Assembly (NCBI GenBank): GCA_051874315.1
Contig: JBJEFT010000113.1
Location: 1 to 39,691 of the forward strand
DNA from: Candidatus Ornithomonoglobus sp.
Lineage (GTDB): Bacteria > Bacillota > Clostridia > UBA1381
Direction of reading: 5' to 3'
DNA length: 39,691 bases
Both the position numbers and the translations under genes were made by a program. Below the pieces are notes generated by a model. The model had not been told where the DNA came from and searched no databases. It was given only the letters and a program-made list of their open reading frames with translations. Shown in pieces: positions 16,643 through 26,288 of this stretch (position 1 is the stretch's first letter; the number at the start of each line of letters is the position of its first letter).

Positions 16643-19600
16643 TTACGGCTTTAGCTTTGTTTCACAGGGGGTGACAGAAGTCATACCGTTCATTGAATTC
16701 CATACCATGATTTTGAATTCGGAAATTCTTTCATCAGCGTCAAATTCCGATATTACCTCACTATTCTCCGCGGGAATTATTTTTACCGAAACACATTCTC
16801 CCGATTCCGAGTATGCAGCAGCAATAACAACACTGTCCGGCTCAATATTATTTAAAGCGGTAGATAATGTATACTTGCCGTTGTTTACCGTTATTTCCGT
16901 TTCGGTCGACGGCTCGTCGGGCACGCTCGGCGCGTCCGGATATTCCCAGTCACCGCCTACAACCGTTACCGCCCAGAGCTGATTAGCCGCGCCGGTATAG
17001 GCTTTCTGCGTTACAAGATAGCTTTTAGCTGCGTCCTCCGCATTTTCGCCGAGCGCGGTAAGCGCAAGACCGCTGTTTCGGTTTATAATCTTATAATAGG
17101 CGGTTCTGCCGCGGTACTCTACAAACTCCGGAGCCCACATCTGATCCGGCGCACCGGTGTTATCATACTGTGAAATTGTGGCATTCTCTTCTTTGGAACC
17201 ACCCCATACACACAGAACCAGATCACTTCTGAAGTTTTGTAAATAGTAATACTGTGTATCGCCGTCCTTTTCCGCTTCAGAAAGGCTCCATGTCTGATAG
17301 CTTTCGCCCTGATTGGTTGTAGTATTTACAACCGCGCCGTTGTTATAGCCTTCGCATGAGAGCAGAAAATTTGTTTCAAGATTTGTAAGCTTAATGTCGG
17401 TTGTTTCCGCAACCACCTTTTCCTCTGTCGCGTCCGGAGTGTTTTCATATGTTCCGTCAAGCTTGAAGGTGTTTATTGAATGTGCGGGCACAGTTACATC
17501 AAAAGCCTCGTTGTTCACTATAACGGTCACAGCCTTTGCAGCTGCTGTTGAGTTCTTCACATTAAGAACGATTTCGCCGTCCGTGTTCTGGAAGCCTATC
17601 GCTCTTAAATCCTGTACATATCCTTTTACCGATCCTTCACCGAGATTGCTGCCCTCTACCTTAATTCTTCTTGCTCCCGCCTTTATATTTGAGCTGAAAT
17701 GCTTTGTAATATAATAGCTTGGTCTGTACTGAATATTTGTTCCGTCAACCGTTATAGGCGCGTTCTGTTTCCATCCGCCGCCGTTATTTCCGCCTCTGCT
17801 GTCAAGAATCATATTCCACAGGAAATACTGGCTTATGCCCGCGTCAAGAAATTCCTTGAAGCAGTCGAACTGTTCCTCGGCGTACTGCCAGTTATTAAGT
17901 CCGTTTCCGCACTTTGTTTCGGACTGAACAAGCTTCATGCTTTTATCCGTCATATGAATCTGAGTCGCAAGCGGAGCGCCCCACCACTGGAAGCATACCG
18001 CGTCTATAAGCTTGCTTGTTTTTTCATCCTTTAACGTGGGCATAGCCAAGGATTTGTTGGAATCGGTAAATGTTCCGAGCCACAGCCCAACATCCTTACC
18101 GTTTTCCTCGTTATACGCCTTAACCGCGTCCGCAAGATAATCTCTTAAGAATACATTAAGCTGCTCGCCTGTCCATAAGCAGGACGGATAAGCCGTAGCC
18201 ATTGTCGGCTCGTTCTGCGGTGTTACCGCGTGAATATCAATTCCCAAAGCCGAGTACGCCTCAAGGTACTTGACAAAATATTTTGCATATGATGCAAAAT
18301 TCTCAGGCGTGTCTTCAATGGTATTATTCGGTGATGCGTATCCTGTAAGCTGATTGTTAGTCTTCATCCATGACGGAGGTGACCACGGTGATGAGAACAG
18401 CTGTAAATCAGGAACATAATCCATTGCCGCTTTAATATACGGAATAAGATACAGATTATCGCGTTCTATGCTGAAATCCTTCAGCTCGTAATCATCAACC
18501 GTTTCATCATAGGTATACTGAATAACACCGTAATCGCTTGAACCGATGGGCGTTCTGCCTGCCGTAAAATTAAGCGAGTCTTCGTCTGTGCCGAAAAGTC
18601 TTCGCACAACCTCTTTTTTCTGCTCCTCTGACAACGAACCCATTGTGTACCAGCCTGCCTCGTTAAAGCAGCCGCCCCACGGATGATCGTCCATTGTCTG
18701 ATAACGCGTATTCTGATCAACTGCTATATAGTTTTCTGCTTCCGTTTTTATTGTTTCGATATCCTCAGATGTTACTTCGCGCGTTTCTATCGTGCCGCGG
18801 TTCGCCCACCGATCCGATTCCGTTGTCGATGTCCATTTCGCGCCTATAACAGTGTAGCCGCCGTTTTCAACAGTGAGGAGCTTTGACGCGTCCTCGCAGA
18901 CCTTTTCCGCATCCGCGCCGTCATTTGCATAAAGTGAAGCTGTCAAGGTGTATTCACCGTCCTTTGTTATAGTAAAGCTGCCCGCTCCTTCAGTCTTTGT
19001 TTCTATATCGCCGTCTGCATCCGAGAGAGTTACCTTCAGCACCATACCCTCGCCGCAGGTATACATAACGCTGTATGTAATAATGTTGTTCTCCGCTTCA
19101 GCCGTAACGCCTGTAATTGAATAATTGTCATCATACTTGCTGCCGTAATTAAAATCACCTAACATTTCAACAGGCTCCCACAACTGATTGTCATCGCCCG
19201 TCCAAACCTCCTGAGTGAGATCGTCGCCGGCGGTAAGAACAAGTTTGCTGTTTTTGTTGAGGATTTTATAATAGGTATTTCCGTCCTTTTCTACCTCAAC
19301 AAAACGCCAGAACTGATTCGTGGAATTATCAGCTGTCCACTGCACCGGCTTCGCTCCTGCAGCTATTGTTCCTCCCATCATACCTATAGCTTTGCCGCTG
19401 TTCTCATTCACGATATAATACCAGCCCTCCTCAGCAGATTCGCCCAAACGCATTCTCCACTGCTGTGACGCTTTGTTCTCCTCCGTATCTGCAGCTATTA
19501 CCGTATTTCCGTTATCTGTTCCCTCATCTGTTACATCAAGCACCATACCGCTTGAAACTGACCTCCACTGCACGAGAGTAAGCGGTGAAAGGTCAACATA

Positions 19601-20095
19601 GTCTATATATGTTGCGTTATCCCTTGTATTAGCCACCGCAAATTCAAGCTTTAGATACTCGCAGCCCTCCGGAACCTGATTTTGGAATTTATACTCAGGT
19701 GATACCTTCGTCTTCCAGTCGTAAGCTACATCTGAAATCATCTCGTCAACTAACAGCGTGCCTTCCGCGTCCAAGTCCGGCGTTTCAACCGCGCTGAGCT
19801 TTATCTCCAGACTTCCGCCGCACTGGGCAAAGGTTACGGACGCGCATCCCATTTTACTCAGATTTTCGTCCTTGACTATAATCGCAGCCGGTTCCGAATC
19901 CACAATTTTAATCTGCGGGGAATTGTTTGAACCGTCCGTCTGATCCTTCACAATTCCCCTGCCTGCTTCACGGTATTCCGCTGTTAAATGATGCCTTGAT
20001 GTCTCTCCCTCCGCCGCCGACACTATCGGCATGCTCGCCGCGCTGCCTATGAGCATTACTGCTCCCGTAACAGCGGCTGTAATTCTTTTAAACAT
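16643..20095 (-). CDS. Secreted GH30 glycoside hydrolase flanked by two ricin-B (CBM13-like) lectin domains, ending in the shared C-terminal module. It is a candidate beta-1,6-galactanase, judged from locus context only
   Basis: 1,150 aa with an AGGAGGG RBS and signal peptide MFKRITAAVTGAVMLIGSAASMPIVSA. GH30 motifs: FSSPWSPPSWMKTN, VTPQNEP (acid/base), LVQSETKCG. Ricin QxW repeats: QQWRM, NQFWRF, NQLWEP, and later YQTWSL, DQMWAP, NQLWAV. Confidence 0.85.
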   Translation of the reverse strand: MFKRITAAVTGAVMLIGSAASMPIVSAAEGETSRHHLTAEYREAGRGIVKDQTDGSNNSPQIKIVDSEPAAIIVKDENLSKMGCASVTFAQCGGSLEIKLSAVETPDLDAEGTLLVDEMISDVAYDWKTKVSPEYKFQNQVPEGCEYLKLEFAVANTRDNATYIDYVDLSPLTLVQWRSVSSGMVLDVTDEGTDNGNTVIAADTEENKASQQWRMRLGESAEEGWYYIVNENSGKAIGMMGGTIAAGAKPVQWTADNSTNQFWRFVEVEKDGNTYYKILNKNSKLVLTAGDDLTQEVWTGDDNQLWEPVEMLGDFNYGSKYDDNYSITGVTAEAENNIITYSVMYTCGEGMVLKVTLSDADGDIETKTEGAGSFTITKDGEYTLTASLYANDGADAEKVCEDASKLLTVENGGYTVIGAKWTSTTESDRWANRGTIETREVTSEDIETIKTEAENYIAVDQNTRYQTMDDHPWGGCFNEAGWYTMGSLSEEQKKEVVRRLFGTDEDSLNFTAGRTPIGSSDYGVIQYTYDETVDDYELKDFSIERDNLYLIPYIKAAMDYVPDLQLFSSPWSPPSWMKTNNQLTGYASPNNTIEDTPENFASYAKYFVKYLEAYSALGIDIHAVTPQNEPTMATAYPSCLWTGEQLNVFLRDYLADAVKAYNEENGKDVGLWLGTFTDSNKSLAMPTLKDEKTSKLIDAVCFQWWGAPLATQIHMTDKSMKLVQSETKCGNGLNNWQYAEEQFDCFKEFLDAGISQYFLWNMILDSRGGNNGGGWKQNAPITVDGTNIQYRPSYYITKHFSSNIKAGARRIKVEGSNLGEGSVKGYVQDLRAIGFQNTDGEIVLNVKNSTAAAKAVTVIVNNEAFDVTVPAHSINTFKLDGTYENTPDATEEKVVAETTDIKLTNLETNFLLSCEGYNNGAVVNTTTNQGESYQTWSLSEAEKDGDTQYYYLQNFRSDLVLCVWGGSKEENATISQYDNTGAPDQMWAPEFVEYRGRTAYYKIINRNSGLALTALGENAEDAAKSYLVTQKAYTGAANQLWAVTVVGGDWEYPDAPSVPDEPSTETEITVNNGKYTLSTALNNIEPDSVVIAAAYSESGECVSVKIIPAENSEVISEFDADERISEFKIMVWNSMNGMTSVTPCETKLKP
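16646..16894 (-). other. Shared ~80-aa C-terminal module, copy M3 (most divergent)
   Basis: ITVNNGKYTLSTALNNIEPDSVVIAAAYSESGECVSVKIIPAENSEVISEFDADERISEFKIMVWNSMNGMTSVTPCETKLKP, followed by the stop. Confidence 0.7.
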
Positions 20096-20147
20096 AAGAA
20101 ACCCTCCTATTCATTTGTCAGATACATGACTGTTTTTTGCTATATTT

Positions 20148-20176
20148 ATTATACAACATTATTTCCGATTTTTTAA
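20148..20176 (-). promoter_or_regulatory. Promoter of the GH30 gene
   Basis: Minus strand: TTAAAA (weak -35), 17-nt spacer, TATAAT (20153-20148). It lies about 45 nt upstream of the RBS. Confidence 0.55.
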
Positions 20177-20210
20177 TACACTGTTTTAATATAGAACGAA
20201 CCGATTTTAA
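20177..20210 (-). promoter_or_regulatory. Bipartite direct-repeat operator abutting the -35 box (site B)
   Basis: Minus strand: TTAAAATCGGTTC-gttctata-TTAAAACAGTGTA, then the -35 box. Confidence 0.6.
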
Positions 20211-20231
20211 TATTATGCATGGCATTATTAT

Positions 20232-20265
20232 ATAAAAGAAAACAGTGCCGCGTTATACGGCACTG
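20232..20265 (-). terminator. Rho-independent terminator after the 20302 stop
   Basis: Minus strand: CAGTGCCG-uauaacg-CGGCACUG, followed by UUUUCUUUUAU. Confidence 0.85.
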
Positions 20266-20301
20266 CTGCTTATGTTTTATCTATTTCCCGCTTTTTTTGT
20301 T

Positions 20302-23300
20302 TTAATTATTATTTATAGCTGTTTCAATTACGGTACTTGCAGGATACATCATACCTTTTTCCCAGGTCATAACTTTTACCTTTGCTGTGTCTTCTGTGAT
20401 TTCTATGCTGCCCGACAATTGATTTTTTATTAATTTCAACAGCACACCATCACCATTATATATTGCGGTATACACATCATAATTTGAAATATTTTCGCTT
20501 GCGGAATATTCGTAGGTAAGTATATTTCCGTCAGCTTCACATCTCACTATCTCTATAAGCTTTGAATAATCAGCAGTTACAGCCTCTGTACTTAAAGCAT
20601 TATCATATATCACAATATTATCATAATACGCATCGGCATACTTATCCTTGCTCCACGGCGAGAAGCTGAATCGAATTACCTCAGCGTTTACATCTGACAT
20701 TCTGTATCCGCTGAGCACACCGTAAAGCTTTTTATCTATATACACCTTTGCGGTTCCGTCTGATACCGAAATATCAACATGATGCCAGCTGCCATGAATT
20801 TCAGAAGTCTGCTTCAAAATTTTATTTTCCGTAGATGTGTTTTTGCTTGATAAAAGCAAATATTCACCCAGCTTTACTCCAAAGTAATTTATACCCGAGG
20901 AATTGCTTGAACCGTCGCCGATATAGAAGTTGAAATAGTTTCCTTTCGTATTGTTATTAACGTCAAACGAAACCGTATACCGTTCCAGAGTATTGCCTTG
21001 CTCGTCTTTTGGCGCATTTATCTCCATATATGTACCGCTGCTGCCATTCGTATGCAATGTCCGGCTTCCTATATTTTCATCTGTTATAAGCTCACATTCA
21101 CCATTAAATACCGCATTGATATTATCAAGACTTTCTTCCTCAAAATCATACTGAGTAATCACATCAGCATTGTTAGAGAACGGCGGTAAATCCACTTCAA
21201 AATCGACCTCGCCATATTCATCCATAAGCATTTGCAGCTGAGTTTCCGAAATAGGAATAACATAGCCGTGACGCGGGGTAAAATCAAATGTATAGTCTAC
21301 ATTTTGTGTAAGCGGAGTAAAGGTTTCAAAATCTGTTGTTTCCGACAATCTGTATCCGTTTCCCCACGATGTACCGTCAGCCCCTATAATCCACTTATTT
21401 CTTCCAAGAATTCTATATGCATTTGAACCTTCGATTGCCGAAATATCAAACACAGTCTTGTCTTCTATTACCTTGAATACCCCGTCAGGCTTATCGCATT
21501 CGGCTATTCTGGTACCGGCAAAGAACATAAGATAGCGATTATTTAAATTGTCGTATATAATATCACCGTCAATGGCTCCGCCGCTTTCAATAAACCTGCC
21601 GTCGCTTGCACCCTCAAGCATCAATTCCGGCGCTGTATATTTAGATGCGTCCATAAGGTCGGTCGTAAAGCTATGATACATTACACATCCGATATTATCA
21701 TCGGTTGAAGTCGATGCCAATGAAAGATATATCATATATGCGCCTTTGGTACCATCCTCATTTTCATGCTCCGGACACCATATGACTTGAGGAGCCCATG
21801 CGTGGTACATATCATCCCATCCGTCAAACTGCTTGTAATCAAACAGTATGCTGTCTACCATATGTATAAGGTCATAAGTCTTATATATTACAATTGTTGA
21901 ATTGGGAGTTGATGTTCCCCACAAATCAGTGGCAACAATATAATAGTATCCGTCCTGACCTTTAAATACAAACGGGTCACGAAGATGAGTGGAACCAAGT
22001 TCGGACTCAAATACCGGTTCTCCGCCGTTAAGTGCTTTGAAGTTATATCCGTCGCGGCTCACTCCGTAGCACAATCTTTCATCATCCCGCTGCCCTGCAG
22101 GTTTGCGGAAATACGCGAACAGATATGCGCTGTCGGATTCGTCAGGCATCGGCGTAGGTATCGGAGACGGTGTGGGAGGCTCTGTATTGCCGTTTACGAT
22201 TACACGCTGTTTTATATATCTATCATCACAATACACTCCGTCGGGAACATTTATATATCCCGTTACGGTATATACTCCCTCCCGGTACGTCTTAACTCCG
22301 TCTGCATTTAGCCAGTTTACTTCAAGGTCATATTCTTTTCCGCTTTCAGCTTTTCCCTTGACTGTATTCGGCAGTACAAGCTCCCTTCCCGCGTCCATTT
22401 CTATTACAGGAACATCGGCCACATCGTTAACAACTATAAGCGGATTGCTTGAAATTTCGCGCAGCTCGAAGTCTGTTGCACAATACCATTTTGGTATTTG
22501 CAGCCAATAACAGTTAAATAAGAAATAATCCGCGCCATCGCCGCTGTTTATAACAGCTTCATAATTCCTGGCATTGCCGCCTGTATTCTGCATATCTCCG
22601 TTATTGCACGAAAGATAACCCGTACCGCAAAAATTAAGGCTCTGATTTGCTGCATAGGTTTTAGGAATATAGAAGTTATCGCCTTCATCCATATCTATTG
22701 CGCCATATCTTACAGCGGCATTACCACCGGACGTCCATCCCTTATATTTAAAATAATAGTCTGTGTTTTCTTTTATAGGAACGTAGGCAAGAAGCGAATG
22801 TGTGCCGTTCCATGCACATTTACGCCATTCCTCCCCGGTTGCATCATCTACGTTATCTACCAGATATGTCCCCGTATTGTTTTTGCCGTAATAGAACGGT
22901 GTTCTTTCCGCAGGTTCATATACTCCGGTAGTAAATATTCCGCTTTCCGTAAGTTGAATAAGATTTTCCGTGGTTCCGTCTTTATTTATTTTAGGCATTG
23001 CATAATTATCAGCGGTAGGGTGTCCGGATTCATTTGTTCCGGTATACCACTGTTCCATATCTTTTCCGCTGTTATCCGCAAAATCTCCGTTTTTAAACAA
23101 GTTCTCACCGGTTATTTTATAGCACTTGCCATTAATCCATACATATTCGTTATCGTCAGAAACAGTCTTATAATCACTCTCTGAGCTATCGGAAAACTCT
23201 GCAGATATTACAGTGTCCCGAGTTACAGTGAATGCAGCACTGTATACTTTATTATCCTCTGTGGTAACACTGCCGGTGACATCCTCTCCGTTTATGGTAA

Positions 23301-23979
23301 CATTCTCTACCATGCCGTTTGGAATCATATATACCGTTACGATATCGCCTTTTTGCGCAACTGTTTTATCCGTATAAATATATCCGTTTGCAGTCGCTGA
23401 TGACTTTACTGTGAAGCCCTCGTCATTGAGCGGTGAGTCTGCTGTCGCAGGCTCGATTATAAACTTATCGAAATTAGGAGTATAATTTACAAGCTCATTT
23501 GTGCCGGGTTCTGATTTGCTTCCGCCCCATTTAACATGCCAGCTGTCATCATTGTAAATCCTTATCTTATTTTCGCCTGCTTTGAGTTCAATCGGAATTG
23601 ACTTCTCAAGGAAGGTATCATCGGAAAATGAATTCGGAAAAAAGTATCGCTTTGCATTCTCTTTGTCTCCGTTGACTTCAAATGTGGCATACTTGTCTAT
23701 AATTTTTATATTATACGAATGGGTGCCGCAAAGATCATTATTGGACTGGAAAACGCGCATCTTGTACAGTCCGTCGCGCGGAACAGCCGCAGTGATTTCA
23801 AGATAATTATTCTCTCTTGCATCTCCCGAACCCGGCATATCCGCAACATATGTTTTATCGCCCGAAACCGCTGTCGTGAAATTGCCCGTTCCGCTTTCTG
23901 CTTCAACAGTTACCGCATTGTCCTCAGCCGCTCTGAATATTTCCATATAATCAACTGCTGTGTCAGATGTAGTATCCAC
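20302..23979 (-). CDS. C-terminal ~1,225-1,267 codons of an interrupted giant enzyme. Order: CBM35/6-like, InlB-B-repeat-like Ig, CBM4_9-like, Big_4-like, PT linker, GH43, LamG-like, shared C-terminal module
   Basis: There is no signal peptide and no RBS at the ORF-track GTG start. The frame is open upstream for 42 more codons, up to the TAG at 24106-24108, and continues the CBM begun in the upstream ORF. GH43 motifs: LRDPFVFKG, HAWAPQVIW, AIEGSNAYR. This GH43 is paralogous to the N-terminal GH43 of the 10372 gene. PT linker: TEPPTPSPIPTPMP. Confidence 0.75.
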   Translation of the reverse strand: MDTTSDTAVDYMEIFRAAEDNAVTVEAESGTGNFTTAVSGDKTYVADMPGSGDARENNYLEITAAVPRDGLYKMRVFQSNNDLCGTHSYNIKIIDKYATFEVNGDKENAKRYFFPNSFSDDTFLEKSIPIELKAGENKIRIYNDDSWHVKWGGSKSEPGTNELVNYTPNFDKFIIEPATADSPLNDEGFTVKSSATANGYIYTDKTVAQKGDIVTVYMIPNGMVENVTINGEDVTGSVTTEDNKVYSAAFTVTRDTVISAEFSDSSESDYKTVSDDNEYVWINGKCYKITGENLFKNGDFADNSGKDMEQWYTGTNESGHPTADNYAMPKINKDGTTENLIQLTESGIFTTGVYEPAERTPFYYGKNNTGTYLVDNVDDATGEEWRKCAWNGTHSLLAYVPIKENTDYYFKYKGWTSGGNAAVRYGAIDMDEGDNFYIPKTYAANQSLNFCGTGYLSCNNGDMQNTGGNARNYEAVINSGDGADYFLFNCYWLQIPKWYCATDFELREISSNPLIVVNDVADVPVIEMDAGRELVLPNTVKGKAESGKEYDLEVNWLNADGVKTYREGVYTVTGYINVPDGVYCDDRYIKQRVIVNGNTEPPTPSPIPTPMPDESDSAYLFAYFRKPAGQRDDERLCYGVSRDGYNFKALNGGEPVFESELGSTHLRDPFVFKGQDGYYYIVATDLWGTSTPNSTIVIYKTYDLIHMVDSILFDYKQFDGWDDMYHAWAPQVIWCPEHENEDGTKGAYMIYLSLASTSTDDNIGCVMYHSFTTDLMDASKYTAPELMLEGASDGRFIESGGAIDGDIIYDNLNNRYLMFFAGTRIAECDKPDGVFKVIEDKTVFDISAIEGSNAYRILGRNKWIIGADGTSWGNGYRLSETTDFETFTPLTQNVDYTFDFTPRHGYVIPISETQLQMLMDEYGEVDFEVDLPPFSNNADVITQYDFEEESLDNINAVFNGECELITDENIGSRTLHTNGSSGTYMEINAPKDEQGNTLERYTVSFDVNNNTKGNYFNFYIGDGSSNSSGINYFGVKLGEYLLLSSKNTSTENKILKQTSEIHGSWHHVDISVSDGTAKVYIDKKLYGVLSGYRMSDVNAEVIRFSFSPWSKDKYADAYYDNIVIYDNALSTEAVTADYSKLIEIVRCEADGNILTYEYSASENISNYDVYTAIYNGDGVLLKLIKNQLSGSIEITEDTAKVKVMTWEKGMMYPASTVIETAINNN
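20305..20559 (-). other. Shared ~80-aa C-terminal module, copy M4
   Basis: ...NILTYEYSASENISNYDVYTAIYNGDGVLLKLIKNQLSGSIEITEDTAKVKVMTWEKGMMYPASTVIETAINNN, followed by the stop. Confidence 0.8.
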
Positions 23980-24105
23980 ATCAATTATATTTATACCCTT
24001 TTTTAAGTATATGGTTGTATGTGCCTCTTGCCATGTATCGCACTTTTCAAGAGGAATATCGGTAAGATGATTTGTATATGTGATATTAGTATTATCCAGA
24101 TACAG

Positions 24106-24108
24106 CTA
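24106..24108 (-). other. In-frame TAG codon interrupting an otherwise continuous ~1,964-codon reading frame
   Basis: Minus strand: GAC GGA ACG CTG TAG CTG TAT CTG GAT AAT = D G T L * L Y L D N. This falls in the middle of a CBM35-like domain. Confidence 0.95.
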
Positions 24109-26196
24109 CAGCGTTCCGTCACTGTCAGACATATACCGATAATTAATATTATACATACCGCTTTCCTCGACGTCAGCTACAAAGCGTATTCCACCGCCGT
24201 TTTCAACCTTCGACTTATTAAGTCCCGTAACATATCCGCTGCCGCTGAAATCCTGCAGGCTGTTTTCTGTCGCAGCTTTTTCGGTATTATTAAATTCATT
24301 AAAATCAGCCTGCTCCGCTTCATATATCTTATGGAACACCGGCAGTTTTTCGCCGTAGGCTCCGGCATTGGAAACAACTAAAGCGTCATGAAAAGCACCG
24401 CCTTCACCGTTATATTTCAGAGCAATCTTATGCCTGCCTTTTGATAAATCCGCATATTTAGTTACCATACTCTCCATAGAATAGAATAACGTATTTGGAA
24501 GCTCTATTATTTCTTCTTCTCCATCAATTATCAATTTCTGAGTAATATTTAACGGTTTATGTCTGTTTGCATTATTTCTTGCAGATCCAACGCCGTTTCC
24601 GTATAGGAAGTCAAGCTTATATTTTCCGTCATATGGTATCTCAATGGTATATTCAATTCCCTCTCCGTCTTCATCAATACCTCCGACTCTCTGACGCCCC
24701 GAACAATAATAGCTCGGAGCTTCAAGCGGGGAATATTGATCGTCTACGATGAGATTACCGAAAAACTGTGCCTTTTCAGCTTCGTATTCCGCCCGGTAGC
24801 TGTCCGTTATAGGGGTCACTTCTTCTTCTGTTTCCGTTATCGTTACATAATAGGCTGTTGAAAAAAGAGTGTTTTCAAGCTTTATTGTTACCTTGCCGTC
24901 CTTTACCGGAAATGTTCCCTCCATAATCGTCACTGTATCTGTCGCAGCACCGTGATACCCTGTAAAATATGATGCTTCAACCTTTACATGAACAAAGTCA
25001 TCGTCGCTGAAGATTCCTGTTTTATCAACATTTCTCAGATTAATTTCAGCGCCTCCGTCAACGCCGCCGCAAAGCACAGATGCACTGCGTTTATTTTCGT
25101 CTATAGTCGCCATTCCGTAAAAACCGTCATAGGTTGTATTGCTTTGAGTTACAGAAAGCGTCTTGCCCGTCATGTCTCCATACTTCTTGTAGACCCACCA
25201 TGCACCATTGCCCTCATTGGCGCTTGCCGCAAGGTCATTAAGATTATTTGCCTGATGCCAGAATGGGAGACAGCCATAGACCTCATTGTCCTCCAAGCGT
25301 GAAATCCAGTTTACCAGTCTGCCCGGTACACCGCAATCCGAAAAGTCCGCATATTCGTTTATTACAACCTGCTTTTCCTCTACCCCTGCTGCCGCTGCTG
25401 CTTTACGATACTGTTCTATTGATGTTTCTCCCGCGTTCACGTCCAAGTGACTTAGATCCCTCGTATCAAGCTCATGCCAGGTTATAACATCCGGCAAGCA
25501 GTTGTTATCTCTGCAAAAGCATAAATAACCGTACATTTCATCATATGAAGGGTTATACGAATGATTCGGACCTACAATTGCAGCAGCCGGATCGCCCGCT
25601 TTTATGGCTTCATAATAGATTTTCCATGCTTCATTATAATTTCGTGTAATTTCACCTGTAGTCTCGTTCTTTACATTGATAGGAGTGCTTTCATTTATAG
25701 GTATGTATTGAAGCATCTTATCAATATCCGGAAATTTTTCGCGCATTTTATCTTTCCACTCAACTACCGCAGGGCATATAACGTTTGTAAGCACATCCGC
25801 ATAATCGTGCGCCTCCGCTGTAACACCAAACACTCCGTAGTAATTGGAATTATACATCTGCACCTGCTGTCCGCCGGCCTCAAAAAATTCTTCGGCAACA
25901 TCAAGAGCGTCGCCATACGGATGTTCTGTGCCGAGAGCGCCTTTTGTAGCCAAAACCTTTGGCTTTAACGGTGTCAATGTATTTACATCAGGAACGCCTT
26001 CATTTGAAATACCGTATAAGAATCCTGCGGCTCCATGAACTACACTATGCTTTTCGTCAGCCATATCTACCGTAATTGAAGGTGTATTATTTATTGCTTC
26101 CGCAGTATTGAACAACGATTCGATTCCTGTAAAACCTGATATAAATAGGGCTGCCGACAGTGCCAATGGCATCACTCGCTTTAATTTCTTTTTCAT
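24106..26196 (-). CDS. N-terminal 696 codons of the interrupted giant enzyme. Order: signal peptide, clan GH-A-like TIM barrel (GH39-like, family not assignable by eye), CBM35/6-like, first half of a second CBM35-like
   Basis: GAGGGAGAAG RBS and signal peptide MKKKLKRVMPLALSAALFISGF. Candidate catalytic Glu residues are in YIPINEST (E169) and VVINEYADF (E281), 112 residues apart as in clan GH-A. CBM motifs: YEAEKAQFFGN..., YEAEQADFNEF...SGSGYVTG. Confidence 0.8.
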   Translation of the reverse strand: MKKKLKRVMPLALSAALFISGFTGIESLFNTAEAINNTPSITVDMADEKHSVVHGAAGFLYGISNEGVPDVNTLTPLKPKVLATKGALGTEHPYGDALDVAEEFFEAGGQQVQMYNSNYYGVFGVTAEAHDYADVLTNVICPAVVEWKDKMREKFPDIDKMLQYIPINESTPINVKNETTGEITRNYNEAWKIYYEAIKAGDPAAAIVGPNHSYNPSYDEMYGYLCFCRDNNCLPDVITWHELDTRDLSHLDVNAGETSIEQYRKAAAAAGVEEKQVVINEYADFSDCGVPGRLVNWISRLEDNEVYGCLPFWHQANNLNDLAASANEGNGAWWVYKKYGDMTGKTLSVTQSNTTYDGFYGMATIDENKRSASVLCGGVDGGAEINLRNVDKTGIFSDDDFVHVKVEASYFTGYHGAATDTVTIMEGTFPVKDGKVTIKLENTLFSTAYYVTITETEEEVTPITDSYRAEYEAEKAQFFGNLIVDDQYSPLEAPSYYCSGRQRVGGIDEDGEGIEYTIEIPYDGKYKLDFLYGNGVGSARNNANRHKPLNITQKLIIDGEEEIIELPNTLFYSMESMVTKYADLSKGRHKIALKYNGEGGAFHDALVVSNAGAYGEKLPVFHKIYEAEQADFNEFNNTEKAATENSLQDFSGSGYVTGLNKSKVENGGGIRFVADVEESGMYNINYRYMSDSDGTL

Positions 26197-26288
26197 CTTA
26201 ACTTCTCCCTCATATAATAAGTGTAATAGTTTTTAGAGTTCCTCTCCAAGAAACGTAAAATAATTTATTGTATCCAAAAGCGTGAACC

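Noticed and set aside
24106-24108. The in-frame TAG as programmed recoding (pyrrolysine or reassigned amber).
   Set aside because: TAG also serves as the genuine stop of the 26289-31436 gene, directly after the shared C-terminal module and before the next gene's RBS. No pyl genes or suppressor tRNA are visible in the window. A nonsense mutation or a sequence error is more parsimonious, but only the rest of the genome could exclude recoding.
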